Shown in pieces: positions 13,725 to 24,500 of a DNA stretch of 64,000 nt (the first letter of the stretch is position 1; each line of letters starts with the position of its first letter). The stretch is from the NCBI GenBank assembly GCA_051942205.1, contig JAVECO010000009.1:124001-188000 (forward strand). The letters are read 5' to 3'. This DNA is from Coniocarpon cinnabarinum (taxonomy: Eukaryota). Made by a program: the position numbers and the translations under genes. The notes beneath the pieces are model-generated. The model had not been told where the DNA came from. It did not search any database and worked only from the letters and a program-made list of their open reading frames with translations.

Positions 13725-14824
13725 TTATTCTTCACCATTTGCTGTGGCTTCGGGCAGCGGGTATAGATGCTTCGAGAGGGTTTTGTTCTTTCCTAAGTTA
13801 GTTTCGGGGCCTTCGATTGATGATGAGCTTCGACGAAGGGTCAACTTACCATTGAGAACATGTGAATGTTGTCCTGGTTGAAGACAGCTCGCATTGACTC
13901 GTCACAGCGTATTTGACGCTTGTCGTTCTCGTGTTGAAGATTATTCTCCTTGATGTGATCCCATATGCGTTTCACAGTCTGTGGGCGGGAGAGCTGCTGC
14001 TCACCGAGCAGTGCGGCAAGAGGTGCTGACAATTGCAATGGCGCCTAAATGATCTAGTCAGTTCCTTGTTATCGTCGTTCGCAACACCAATCAGTAGAAA
14101 CCCACATTAAACGCCCCACCCGGCTTTCTCTTCTTCTTCGGGTCTTCACTCCCACTTCCCTCGGCCCCTGAATCATCCTCTTCATCCACTCTCGTTTTGC
14201 TTTTCTTCTTTTTCGGTGTGCTTTTCTTTACGGGCGGCGCCTTCTTGCGCGTCGCACCACCCCGTGTGGGCCGGCTGCGTCCGTTCTCCTCCGCTTGCAG
14301 CCGAGCGGCTAAGGCGGCGTCGGACTCTCCATGGCTCTTCTTCTGCTTCTTCTTGGGTCGCTCTTCGGGTTCTTCAGAGGCGGGTGTGCTCAGTGGGGAG
14401 GCAGATGAGGCGACCCCGTTAGGCGTGGGGCTCGATGCGCTGGTCGTGCCGTTGACTTTTGGGGTGCTGGTCGCGCCGTTGGGCTCGGGCTTTGCGGCAG
14501 CGGCAGCTTCATTGGCGGAAGAGACAATGTCGAATCGTTCGTGAATAAGAGTCTTAAGATCGCCCTGAGAGTGAGAAGATCAGCAACGTTGTGCGCGCTA
14601 AAGTGCGGATCGATACAGGGTCATGTGCATACCTTGTATTCTGAGAGATCCTCGTCCACAGCGCGCTGGAGACTATCGCGAATGCGCTTGGCAGAGACTT
14701 CTTCCAGATTTGAAGCTTTCAGCAGGCCATCAATAATGGGGGTATATTTGGCGCGTTGCTCGGCCGAGACTGCGGCGGTCAGGTATGTTGCGACAAGATG
14801 TTTTGGGCAACACTTACGAGACAT
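13725..14824 (-). CDS. DEK-C + SWIB/MDM2 domain protein (Uaf30/Tri1-like)
   Basis: Five exons with canonical introns give MSLSAEQRAKYTPIIDGLL..VSAKRIRDSL (DEK-C), 'DAALAARLQAEEN' and SWIB 'LSRPQTVKRIWDHIKENNLQ..DKRQIRCD..HMFSMNKTLSKHLY'. The first exon is only 7 nt. Confidence 0.88.
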
Positions 14825-15261
14825 GACGACGACACTGTAGCGACTGGACGGAAGAGTCTTGTATGTATGTGGTCAAAAACGAGGGATGACGCTCAGCGGT
14901 TGCGAAGGTGGCTGAAAGCGCGCGCCAAAGCACCAGATCAGCGCGATCGGGGATGGCGGTGCGATGACCGTGAGGCGGAACACAGAAGGTAAAAAGGAGC
15001 GCAAAATGGATCACTGTGGTCTCTCGATCGCTGTCACCTCATGCTTTCACCTGAGAAAAGTTGTGCTTCTGGCTTGTTGAACAATGGGGTGTTTGCAGAC
15101 CAGCACACTGCGATCTGGAATGCCGCCAGCCATCTGACGTCGTCGGTCCGCGCCGAGGATGCCCCAGTTGATGCCTTGTCTTCCAGGCTCGAATTCCTCA
15201 AACGAGCAACTACTTTCCAAAAATCTTTCAAAATCCCCAATTCAGTTGTGCTCTTCCAGGC

Positions 15262-16959
15262 ATGTCTTCCTTCTTCACACGGCCCGCTTCTCAAAAGCGT
15301 AAGCGTGCCCCTGTAGCTTCTAAAACGCCTAAGAAGCGGCAGAAGACTCAGGATCGCCCCGGCGAGGATGAGTCCATCTCAGGTAGCGAGTCCTCAGCTT
15401 CGTCGCGTGCTGCGTCACCGGCACCATCTGGATCTTCCTCTGGTGATGAGAACGAAACCGAAGCTTCGCGACGTCTGAAGCTTGCTGAACAGTACCTGGA
15501 AAATGTGAAGAAAGATGTCGCTCAGGAGCAAAACGTTGATCCGGACGCTTTCGACGCAGCAGATGTTGATCGTGACTTGATCGCGGTGCGCTTGAAAGAA
15601 GACGTTGCGGAAGGTCGAGGTCGCATATATAAGCGCATCGCTTCGACACTTTCTTGGGACTCGGCAGAATGTGCAAGATTTGGCACGGACTCGCAAAGTG
15701 TCATAGGAGTGGGAATGGATGGCACTGGCAAATATGCCTGGACGGCGAGCAAAGATTGCGTAGTCGCGAAGTGGGAGTTGCAGTCTCTAGTAAACCCTGG
15801 CGAACGCAGAGGCACGGACACGACGAGAAGAAAACCTAAACAGCTTGCCTACCGCAAGGGTGGCACTCGCAAGCGTGCTGGCGACATCAAGTACAAGCAT
15901 CACACAGCGCAGATCCTATGTCTGGCGGTCTCTCACGACGGCCAATTTGTTGCAACGGGAGGCGCTGACAGGCGTCTTATAATCTGGCGTGGTTCCGACT
16001 TGAAACCGTTGAAAGTTTTCACACATCACCGAGACGCTGTCATGTCACTTGCATTTCGAGGCAAGACGAATCAGCTCTTCAGTGCGGGTAAAGATCGCAC
16101 AATCAAGATCTGGAGCCTCGACGAACTCGCGTACGTGGAGACCTTGTTCGGGCATCAAGACGAAGTCGTCGATGTCACTGCGGTGGGAGGCGGACAGGAA
16201 CGATGCGTCAGTGTTGGTGCACGAGATCGGACGAGCAGACTGTGGAAGGTCGTTGAAGAGAGCCAGCTTGTCTTTCGTGGAGGTGGATTAACGAGTCTTG
16301 GAAAGCTTGGTCCCGAGCAGAATCGAGAAGAGGGAGACGAGACAACCGAGAGACCACGAGCTTTCGAAGGCTCGGTCGATCGCGTGATTCAGCTTGACTC
16401 TCAGCTCTTCGTGACAGGATCTGACAACGGATCCTTGTCTCTGTTCGCGCTTTCGAAAAAGAAACCGCTACATGTTCTACCTTTATCGCACGGATATGAC
16501 GAGCCGTTGCCTGCAGAACAATCATGGGCTGAGGTGGATGTGAGTACAAGAAAGACTAACGCTTTGCCCACGCCCAGGTACGTCACGGCCATGGCGCGCA
16601 TCCCGTTCAGCGATTTGTTCATTACCGGCAGCTGGGATGGGGCAGTCAGGGTTTGGCGTCTTAGTGAAGACTCGAAGAGGATTGAGCGAGTGGGCGCAAT
16701 TGGTGGAGAAGCTCTTCGTGAGCTGACCAATTTCGACATCACAGAAGCCAATGACGAAGCCCGATTACCAAAACGAACAACCACAGGAGGGAGCCTGATT
16801 CGTGGTGTGGTCAATGATCTGGACGTCGTTGAGATGGGTGAGAGGGGTAAGGACGGATTGAGAGTACTGGCTGGGGTAGGCAAGGAAATGCGCAGCGGAA
16901 GATGGATGCGGAAGAGTGGCAAGAATGAGACGGTGCTGTTCGAAATACCAAGAGTGTAG
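15262..16959 (+). CDS. RRP9: U3 snoRNP WD40 protein Rrp9
   Basis: N-terminal 'MSSFFTRPASQKRKR' and 'ETEASRRLKLAEQYL'; WD repeats 'AYVETLFGHQD' and 'RLWKVVEESQLVFRGG'. Confidence 0.92.
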   Translation: MSSFFTRPASQKRKRAPVASKTPKKRQKTQDRPGEDESISGSESSASSRAASPAPSGSSSGDENETEASRRLKLAEQYLENVKKDVAQEQNVDPDAFDAADVDRDLIAVRLKEDVAEGRGRIYKRIASTLSWDSAECARFGTDSQSVIGVGMDGTGKYAWTASKDCVVAKWELQSLVNPGERRGTDTTRRKPKQLAYRKGGTRKRAGDIKYKHHTAQILCLAVSHDGQFVATGGADRRLIIWRGSDLKPLKVFTHHRDAVMSLAFRGKTNQLFSAGKDRTIKIWSLDELAYVETLFGHQDEVVDVTAVGGGQERCVSVGARDRTSRLWKVVEESQLVFRGGGLTSLGKLGPEQNREEGDETTERPRAFEGSVDRVIQLDSQLFVTGSDNGSLSLFALSKKKPLHVLPLSHGYDEPLPAEQSWAEVDVSTRKTNALPTPRYVTAMARIPFSDLFITGSWDGAVRVWRLSEDSKRIERVGAIGGEALRELTNFDITEANDEARLPKRTTTGGSLIRGVVNDLDVVEMGERGKDGLRVLAGVGKEMRSGRWMRKSGKNETVLFEIPRV

Positions 16960-17855
16960 CTTCTGAGGTACTTGACGCGGGAAGCACGCGAAACCAATCT
17001 ACATTCCACGCCTGAACTGAGTTCATTACAATTCTTGATTCGAGTACAGCAGTAGAAGGGTCCAGAGTCACTCATGATATTTACTGGAGATTCACAAGAG
17101 CGTACCTGTCATGGAAATCGAGTGAAGGTCGGCATGGGACAATGTTTGTGAAAACGACTGTCCGCCGAGCCAATGGTGCAGAGACCCGCTCCGCTCCGCT
17201 TTCCGCTTGGCCGTTTCCCCGTGCAGCACAAGGTACCTCTCGCCAGAAACACCGTCTGTTGTATAGTCGGGATAACCCAAAGGTCCGCCGGTTTGATATG
17301 CAGTCATCCCTGGCGCAAGATCAGAATGCGTAAAGTCTGGTTCTCTTGAGCCTACTGTCATTGGCCGATGGAGATACCTACTTGTGTCCTCCGCCGACCG
17401 AGGCGCTGGAATGCCTCGGCAGGCTTTAACCGCGCTGACAAGTGGCCAATTGAATCGATCCCGATTTTCCACCTGCAGCGAGGTCTGCATGGCGATAGTA
17501 CGAGTGTTCTGTCGCGTGGTAAACGCGTAGTAACACCATCCCTGGAATACCGTGGTAATCTTGTTGCCTTCGGTGCTGTTCAGCATCGCTGGTGATATCG
17601 CATGGGTAAGGCCAAGCCATAGTTGAGCATTTAACACCTGAAGAGCTTCACCTTCACCTTGATCGGGATGTTCACAGCTATGTGCTGTTCCGGAACATCC
17701 GCTACGTAACATCTTGACGCTGTGAGACTTGCCTGCATCTTCATGTGTTACTTGCGAATTCTCCGATTCAAGAGACAAAACTCAAGGTTTTCACTCTACT
17801 TTGACTGAAGCAACAGGCGGCCGTCACTGCATCCAATCAATATCGACGTCAAGCC

Positions 17856-19547
17856 ATGGCCAGACTGCGCGACCACACCATCACCATTCTTCTACTCTCC
17901 GCCCTCGAGGGCATTCTCATCCTCCAGCTTCTTCCTCAGCTTCGCCCCACTGGTGGCTTAGGTCGTCTAGCCTTCCGTCTCTTCCTAGCAAACTTCGGCC
18001 TCGTCATCCTCTATCAATGGATGATATGGCCGTTCTTCTTCAACCCACTCCGCAAGCTTCCAGGACCGAAAGGCATCAACCTCTTCCTGGGCTCCTTGTT
18101 CTACCAGTTCGAACGCCCGCCAGCCGAGCACCTCCGCAAGATCGTTAACAATGTTCCGAATGACGGCCTTCTGTACATGAGGGGCATGTTCAACCAACCG
18201 ACCGTCATCCCGACTGGGCCCGAGACTCTGAAGACAATCTTGAATGATAATCCATATGACTATCAGAAGCCGAGCAAGTTCATTACGCTCCTTCGGCGTA
18301 TCCTCGGTGACGGGTTGATCCTTGTTGAAGGGGATGTGCACCGTTTCCAGCGCAAGCATCTGCTGCCGTCGTTTCAGGTCAAGCATATTCGCGCGCTCTA
18401 CCCTATGTTCTGGGCCAAGTCGTGTGAAGTGGCCAATTCAATGCTCACGGAGTCGGACCCCGGAGCGGCGCCACCGCCGGAAGCCTTCGCAGGCCTGTCC
18501 TCTCCACCTGAAAAGAACAATGGAGGTGTGGTCCTTGAGTTCGGACAGTGGTGCATGCGGTCTACACTGGATATCATTGGCATCGCGGGTCTTGGTCGCG
18601 ACTTTGACTCTCTTCGCAACCCGGACGACGAGCTCCAGCAGCGATATCACACGGTTCTCGAGCCAGACAAGAAGAAACTATTCTGGTTCGCCTTGCAGCT
18701 CATCTTCCCACAGCGACTGGTATCCGCGATCCCTTGGCACATCAACACGCAGATAAACGAGATCCAGCAGTATCTCTACAACTTTGCGAGACGTCTCGTC
18801 GAGACTCGTCGTGAACTCTTCGAGAAGGACAAGCAAGCAAAAGAGACTATGAACGACATCATCTCTCTGCTCGTCAAATCCGGCGACTTCTCAGACGATG
18901 AGCTCGCCCATCAAACCCTCACCATGATGTCAGCTGGCCACGAGACCACCTCATCAACACTCTCATGGTGCTGCTACCTCCTCGCCTTAAACCCCGAGAT
19001 ACAGAAGCGCGTTCGTGACGAAGTCCGCGCGAACCTCCCCTCGCCCCACTCTGGTGACACCATCTCCGCAGCGCAAATCGACAACCTCCCCGTCCTCAAC
19101 GCCGTCTGCAACGAAACCACCCGTCTCTACCCCACCGTCCCTGTCACAATCAGAGAAGCAATCAAACCCACACCTCTGCACGGCTATACACTCCCGACTG
19201 GTACGGTAGTCCTCCTCTCACCCTGGGCGATCAACCGCTGTGAGCATTTCTGGGGCAAAGATGCATCGGAGTTCAAACCTGAACGCTGGATCAACCCCGA
19301 TGGCACAGGCAACAACACAGGCGGTGCCGAGACGAACTACGCGTTACTGACTTTCTTGCATGGGCCGCGAAGTTGCATCGGTCAGGGTTTTGCGCGGAGC
19401 GAGTTGAAATGTCTCCTTGCGGCTGTGGTGGGCCGGTATGAATTCGAGCTTACGAAGAAGAGGAAGACGTATTTTCCGGCGGGGTTGGTGACCAGCAAGC
19501 CCGATGGGGGCATGTGGTTGCGGATGAAGGAGGTGGAGGGGTGGTGA
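17856..19547 (+). CDS. Cytochrome P450 (CYP617-like, intronless)
   Basis: N-terminal TM segment, I-helix AGHETT, ExxR (ETTR), PERW, heme motif FLHGPRSCIG. The subfamily call is from recall only. Confidence 0.92.
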   Translation: MARLRDHTITILLLSALEGILILQLLPQLRPTGGLGRLAFRLFLANFGLVILYQWMIWPFFFNPLRKLPGPKGINLFLGSLFYQFERPPAEHLRKIVNNVPNDGLLYMRGMFNQPTVIPTGPETLKTILNDNPYDYQKPSKFITLLRRILGDGLILVEGDVHRFQRKHLLPSFQVKHIRALYPMFWAKSCEVANSMLTESDPGAAPPPEAFAGLSSPPEKNNGGVVLEFGQWCMRSTLDIIGIAGLGRDFDSLRNPDDELQQRYHTVLEPDKKKLFWFALQLIFPQRLVSAIPWHINTQINEIQQYLYNFARRLVETRRELFEKDKQAKETMNDIISLLVKSGDFSDDELAHQTLTMMSAGHETTSSTLSWCCYLLALNPEIQKRVRDEVRANLPSPHSGDTISAAQIDNLPVLNAVCNETTRLYPTVPVTIREAIKPTPLHGYTLPTGTVVLLSPWAINRCEHFWGKDASEFKPERWINPDGTGNNTGGAETNYALLTFLHGPRSCIGQGFARSELKCLLAAVVGRYEFELTKKRKTYFPAGLVTSKPDGGMWLRMKEVEGW

Positions 19548-20169
19548 GTGTGAGTGCGTCTGCTGCTGTGAGATGCAGCTGAGTCGAATGCGTTGATGTC
19601 ATGTTGGATATGTGACTGTTGTTGTATAGATCTTGATGATTGAATGAATGTCTTGGCTATTTGCCTCTTACGTTGATCGTACTTGCACTGATGGCGTTGA
19701 TCGTCCTTGCACTGGTTACGATGCTTGGGACGCCCGTGATCGATGCATGCGGTCTTGGTTCCGGTGAATCCGCTCGTCGACCATTGGTACTGTCTTTGCA
19801 TGGCTCGTCGCTCCAGAGATTCGTGCGCCATTTCACATGATGCATCCTTCTCAAAACCCGGGAAAGCCACGCTGATATTATGTGATCAGCGGCTTCCCTG
19901 GCGCGTCTTGACCCCATGGGATTGCCCCCAACCATTGCTCCACACGCCCAAAGCGTATCAACCCCGCTCCCGACCCTCAAGCCCATTGATATTCGAACCC
20001 AATGTTTCTCGAACTCTGGTCATGCAAGACCAATCCTCCTCGAACGGCAAAACATAACCATCGTGGAGCCTCTGCACATCCTGAAGCCTCATGATCACGC
20101 AAACCGCAATAAACCGCATCAACGCATTGACGTCGTAGCAACATCAACCATAGCGTCATCGAACCCACA

Positions 20170-20766
20170 TCAAGACCTCGGCGCCCGTGCAAAGCTCTCA
20201 CACATCGCAACCAACTCCTCTTTCGTTTCCTTTCCCGTTCGAGTTCTTTCATGCTCATCTAGCCATTTTTGCAATTGCGCTTCGTCCCATTTTTCGAAAT
20301 CATGGAAATCGTTTGGTGATCTGACCTTGGACGATGAACTGGGTTTGGAGGTGGAAGTGGATGGGTCGTTGGACTTGGGGAAGATGTCACTGCCCCAGAT
20401 TGTGTAGACGGCTGCTGCTGTTATGGCTGTTGCGAAACCTGTTCATCATGAGTTTGAGATGCCTGGCGTGTAGAATACTTGGGCGGAGGTTGCGTGGGTA
20501 CGGATGACAATTTTACAGGATGATAGGGGTGGCAGCGATGGAAGACGAATTACGGTCGACGCGTGATGTGCACGTGACATATACAATAAGAGAAGAATAG
20601 AATGACGGGAGGACGGGAGAGGATTTGGGAAAGTTGGAGATCGACTTGAAGAGGTCGTGGCCATGGCTACCGCAGCGACAAGAAGTGTATTGTGAAAGCA
20701 GGACATACCAAGAAAGGCACCGCGAGCGGCGCGTCCATGAAGCGCGGAGTCAATAGGCGTCGGCAT
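20170..20766 (-). CDS. Small (~108 aa) single-TM protein with Ish1/Msc1-like domain; conserved filamentous-fungal microprotein
   Basis: Exon 1 (20709-20766) and exon 2 (20170-20438), separated by a 270-nt GTATGT..CAG intron, give MPTPIDSALHGRAARGAFLGFATAITAAAVYTIWGSDIFP..FEKWDEAQLQKWLDEH..KETKEELVAMCES. Not present in the ORF track in spliced form. Confidence 0.75.
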
Positions 20767-21500
20767 GTCGTTTCGTGTTCGTCAAGACCCGTTGTTCTTC
20801 GAGATGTCTTACCTTCGTAGCTACCTCTCTCTGGTAGGTGTCCTTCTTGTGCAGAGGCTTGATGGTGTAGCTATGAGTGTAAATACATAAAAGTAGAAGT
20901 GATGTCGTTTGCTCTAGGCAGACAAGACTTGAATACAAAAGTCTAGTCCCCTGCTGTTTGTCTCTGCCCTGGAGGGATGAGCGATTACAAAAATGTTGGC
21001 GCTGTGAATATTACCGTGGAATCTTTACAAGTACTGCGATTATTGATCTTGTGCTTTGTTTCGATCGTGGAATCCTTGGAGTCTTGTATGCGTGCCGGAG
21101 ATTTCGGCCAAGCGTACTTGGCAGATCGCGGGTCTATGAAAGCGGGGATGCAACAGCTTTGTAGTTCATCTAAGTGCATCCCAAGCCATCCCGCAACGCT
21201 CTCTCACATTAGCAGAGACGTCGGGCAGCGAAGAGACGGCTCTCATGATGTGTTCCGATGCATGTAACTATGCAGTATAGCATCCATTCTGGTATTCCCG
21301 ACCACTCCATATCTAGCACACGGTAAATCCGTGTTTACACATCACGTGCCAGCGAAAGACGTTCTATAACTTCCCCGAATTTTGAAAAAGGTAAAGATGC
21401 GTGCCGGACCGAATTGTGATGGATCAGCACCATCTTGCTGCAAATGAAGTCATTCGTGACTCTGTACACGCATCTCGTGGACGTCACACTAGCCTGTGCG

Positions 21501-24500
21501 TCACGCAGCTGACACTTCAATTCTTGCAGTCGCTTTCATCACAGTGTTCCGGATAATATGACCAATGGCGTCCACAAATGGTGGCTTCATCATCGTGAAG
21601 TGATCTGTGAGACGATGTCAGTCACAAGCAATCCATACCAATGTCCAAAGGAGAAACTTTATTGAACGAACCTCCATCGATATCATGCACTGAAATCTTG
21701 TCCCCAAGCAGGGCCTCCCAACCATTCGTGCCAAATTGAGTCCTCCGACCATAAAACCAAGAATTGAAGTATTGCTCAAATTCCCCTTGGGTCAACTGAT
21801 CCAGCCGCGTGCCAGAATTAGGGCTAGGACGAGACATCGCAGCGAGAGGAGCATCGTCCCGCTTATCGAGGCCCGAGCGAGCCCAAACGACCGTACTGTA
21901 GCGCGGGTTTTGACCGGGTGGAAATGGTGCAGCAACGTATGATGACAGCGCGCGACAGGTCCCTCTCAAATGCGCTTTCTGTTTAGCAGTGAGTTCAGGC
22001 AGATTGCGATCGCGGTTGATGGTGTCGAATGTGCTGAGCTTGCTGACGAACTCCTGAATGATCAACGGGATCGGGTTCAGGGATGGAGCGCGCATGTCTA
22101 AGATGATGAGCGCGTCAATGGTCTCGCCTTCATTGAATAGACGATGTGCGATCTCATATGCGTAAACGGATCCTGCAGACCAACCACCGATCAGATATGG
22201 ACCGTGGGGTTGAATCCTACGAATGGTGCGGATGAATACAGCTGCCAATTCGCCGACAGTGAGGTCGAAGGCGTCAGAGTCTTCGACGAATGGCGATTCG
22301 AGGCCGTAGACTTGACGTCCTCCAAGCAATGGGCGGAGATGAATGTACTGATGATCTTTGTTAGCGAGGTCTCTGCTCGCACACAAACAGCGTACACATC
22401 ACATACCGAGTCCACTGTACCAGAGCCATCTGTGGCCATGAACAAAGGCGCGTCCTGAGAACGAGACTTTCCTTGCATCAGGATGGAGCGGGAGATAGCA
22501 TTGTGGATTTTCTGCTGCTGGGGCGGGTGCTCGGTCGTCGTTGATGCGTGTGAAACTCCAGTCTCTGAAGAGACCTGCATTATTCCTGGCTCCTCTAGGG
22601 GACCATCAAGTTCTTCCCGCACTGCAGCTACTGTCGAAAATTCGGTAAAGAAGGCTGCTGGCAGCTCGATGTCGGTCTCTTGCCGGAAGTTAGCAAGGGT
22701 CTTGATAGAAAGCATGCTGTCCATTCCCAGTGACTCAAAGGTCGTCGAAGGGGTAAAGTCATCAGTGTTCAGGTCCAAAGCCTCAGCTATGATACTAAAG
22801 AGCTGCTTGCTTGGATGCTGTGTTGTTGTGCACATTGTATTGCCTTCGTGCCTAGGCTCTGACACGGGATCAAGGCCCTTACAGTCATCCAACTCTTGCA
22901 TGCTTAGCTCCTTCTCGACATCGGCCGGAGTCGGGAAGGAGGTGAAGAATGACGCAGGGAGCTCTATAGTAGTTCTTCTATGAAAGTCGGCAAGGATCTG
23001 AATGCTCATTTGAGAATCGATGCCAAAGTCAGTGAATGTAGTGTGAGCTGTCCTTTTCAAGTCAGCAAGGCTGATGCCAGTCTTTTGCGCAACTATGAGG
23101 AACAGTTTCACTGCAAGGTCTACCGCATCAGGTTGGCTGCTCTCAGGCGTTGTGGCGCCTGCAGAGGCAGCTGTCGAAGACTCGCTCGAGGACGCTTGTG
23201 TAATGGGCGTTTGCATAGGCTTCGACGCCGCCAACGGACGTGATTTCTGTGCATGAGTACGTGCGGAGCCTGTTAGCAGCGAGAAGAAATTGCGGTCTAG
23301 TTTCTTGAAGCATATGTCGGTGCAAAGAACAAGCAGGTTGTCCCGGCTATCAGTGACATACACATCACAAAAGCTCGTTCCAGCTTTGGCATTCCGATCT
23401 CGAACAGTAGCGTAAGCTCGCCACGGTCCCTGCGACGATAGGTCCCCAAGGACACGAAGGGAGCCAATGTGATTTGCAATGTGGACATCATCCTTCGGCT
23501 TGCACACATCGGCGTTCAGGAGAAAGCCAACGACATGCACCGCAGCATCGATGGCAAACGGGCTGCAACAAAACGTGCCCAAATGTCGCGATGGGGGCAG
23601 GTGGAAAACAAAAGCGCCGTCATGGAAGTCTGTGGACACAATGGCCTCCTCTACTGCCTGATAGGGTGCTGAGTAGTCGACAATCTCGGAGAATACCTTG
23701 TAGAACAGCTGTCTGTCCATCGCGTGAACCTGTTTCGGGCGTAGAGAAGTCTCAAGTGTATCCATACGCGCTTTTACAAGTGGCTGCAGGCGAGACCATG
23801 CTTGGTTGACTGGCGTTTGAGACTCATTCAAATGGATAGTGCATGATCCGAGCTCGGTTGAAGAATCTGTAGCTATCGAGCGTGACAGAAATCGAATGGA
23901 GAGCGTGGCATTTGATTCATTAAGATTACTTTCCAGAGAAACGCGAGGGAGATCTTCAACACCCATACCTTTCCGTAGCACTAGAGGGTTTGTCATTTTG
24001 AGATTCCTGAGCTCGTACGTGGTCAATGAAGTCGTGGAGACCTTGCGATATTCGGTCTCAAGATGCGAGGCAGCTGTGTAAGCCATATCCATGAAGATAC
24101 TCGCAGGACAGATAGCCACGCCGTCAACGACATGGCCGCCTATCGCGTCTGCAAGTTGTGTGTCCGAAAGATCGGCCGCGAACGTTGCAAATAGATTAGA
24201 TCCCTCCCTTCGCATATCCTCAACAAAATGCAAAGACGTTGATGACAGCCGTGAAGAAGGATCATCTGATTTTGCATCAGGTCTCGCCTGTGGAGCCTCT
24301 GGAGTCTTATAAGACACCCAAAAGTTTTGACAATCGAAAGCGTATGTTGGCAGGCCGCTGATCAACTGGACTTGGTCAAGATGAGCTTTGTGAAATTGGG
24401 TCCAGTCCACCGGCAGCTGCGCGCGGTATGCAGCAGCGAGGCACTGAGAAATAGTCGCCCAATCATCACGGCCGGAACGTAAACTGGGATATCGAGCAGG

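Noticed and set aside
17092..17778. 228-aa minus-strand ORF
   Set aside because: It occupies the P450 promoter, has no recognisable motifs, and has a non-ATG start.
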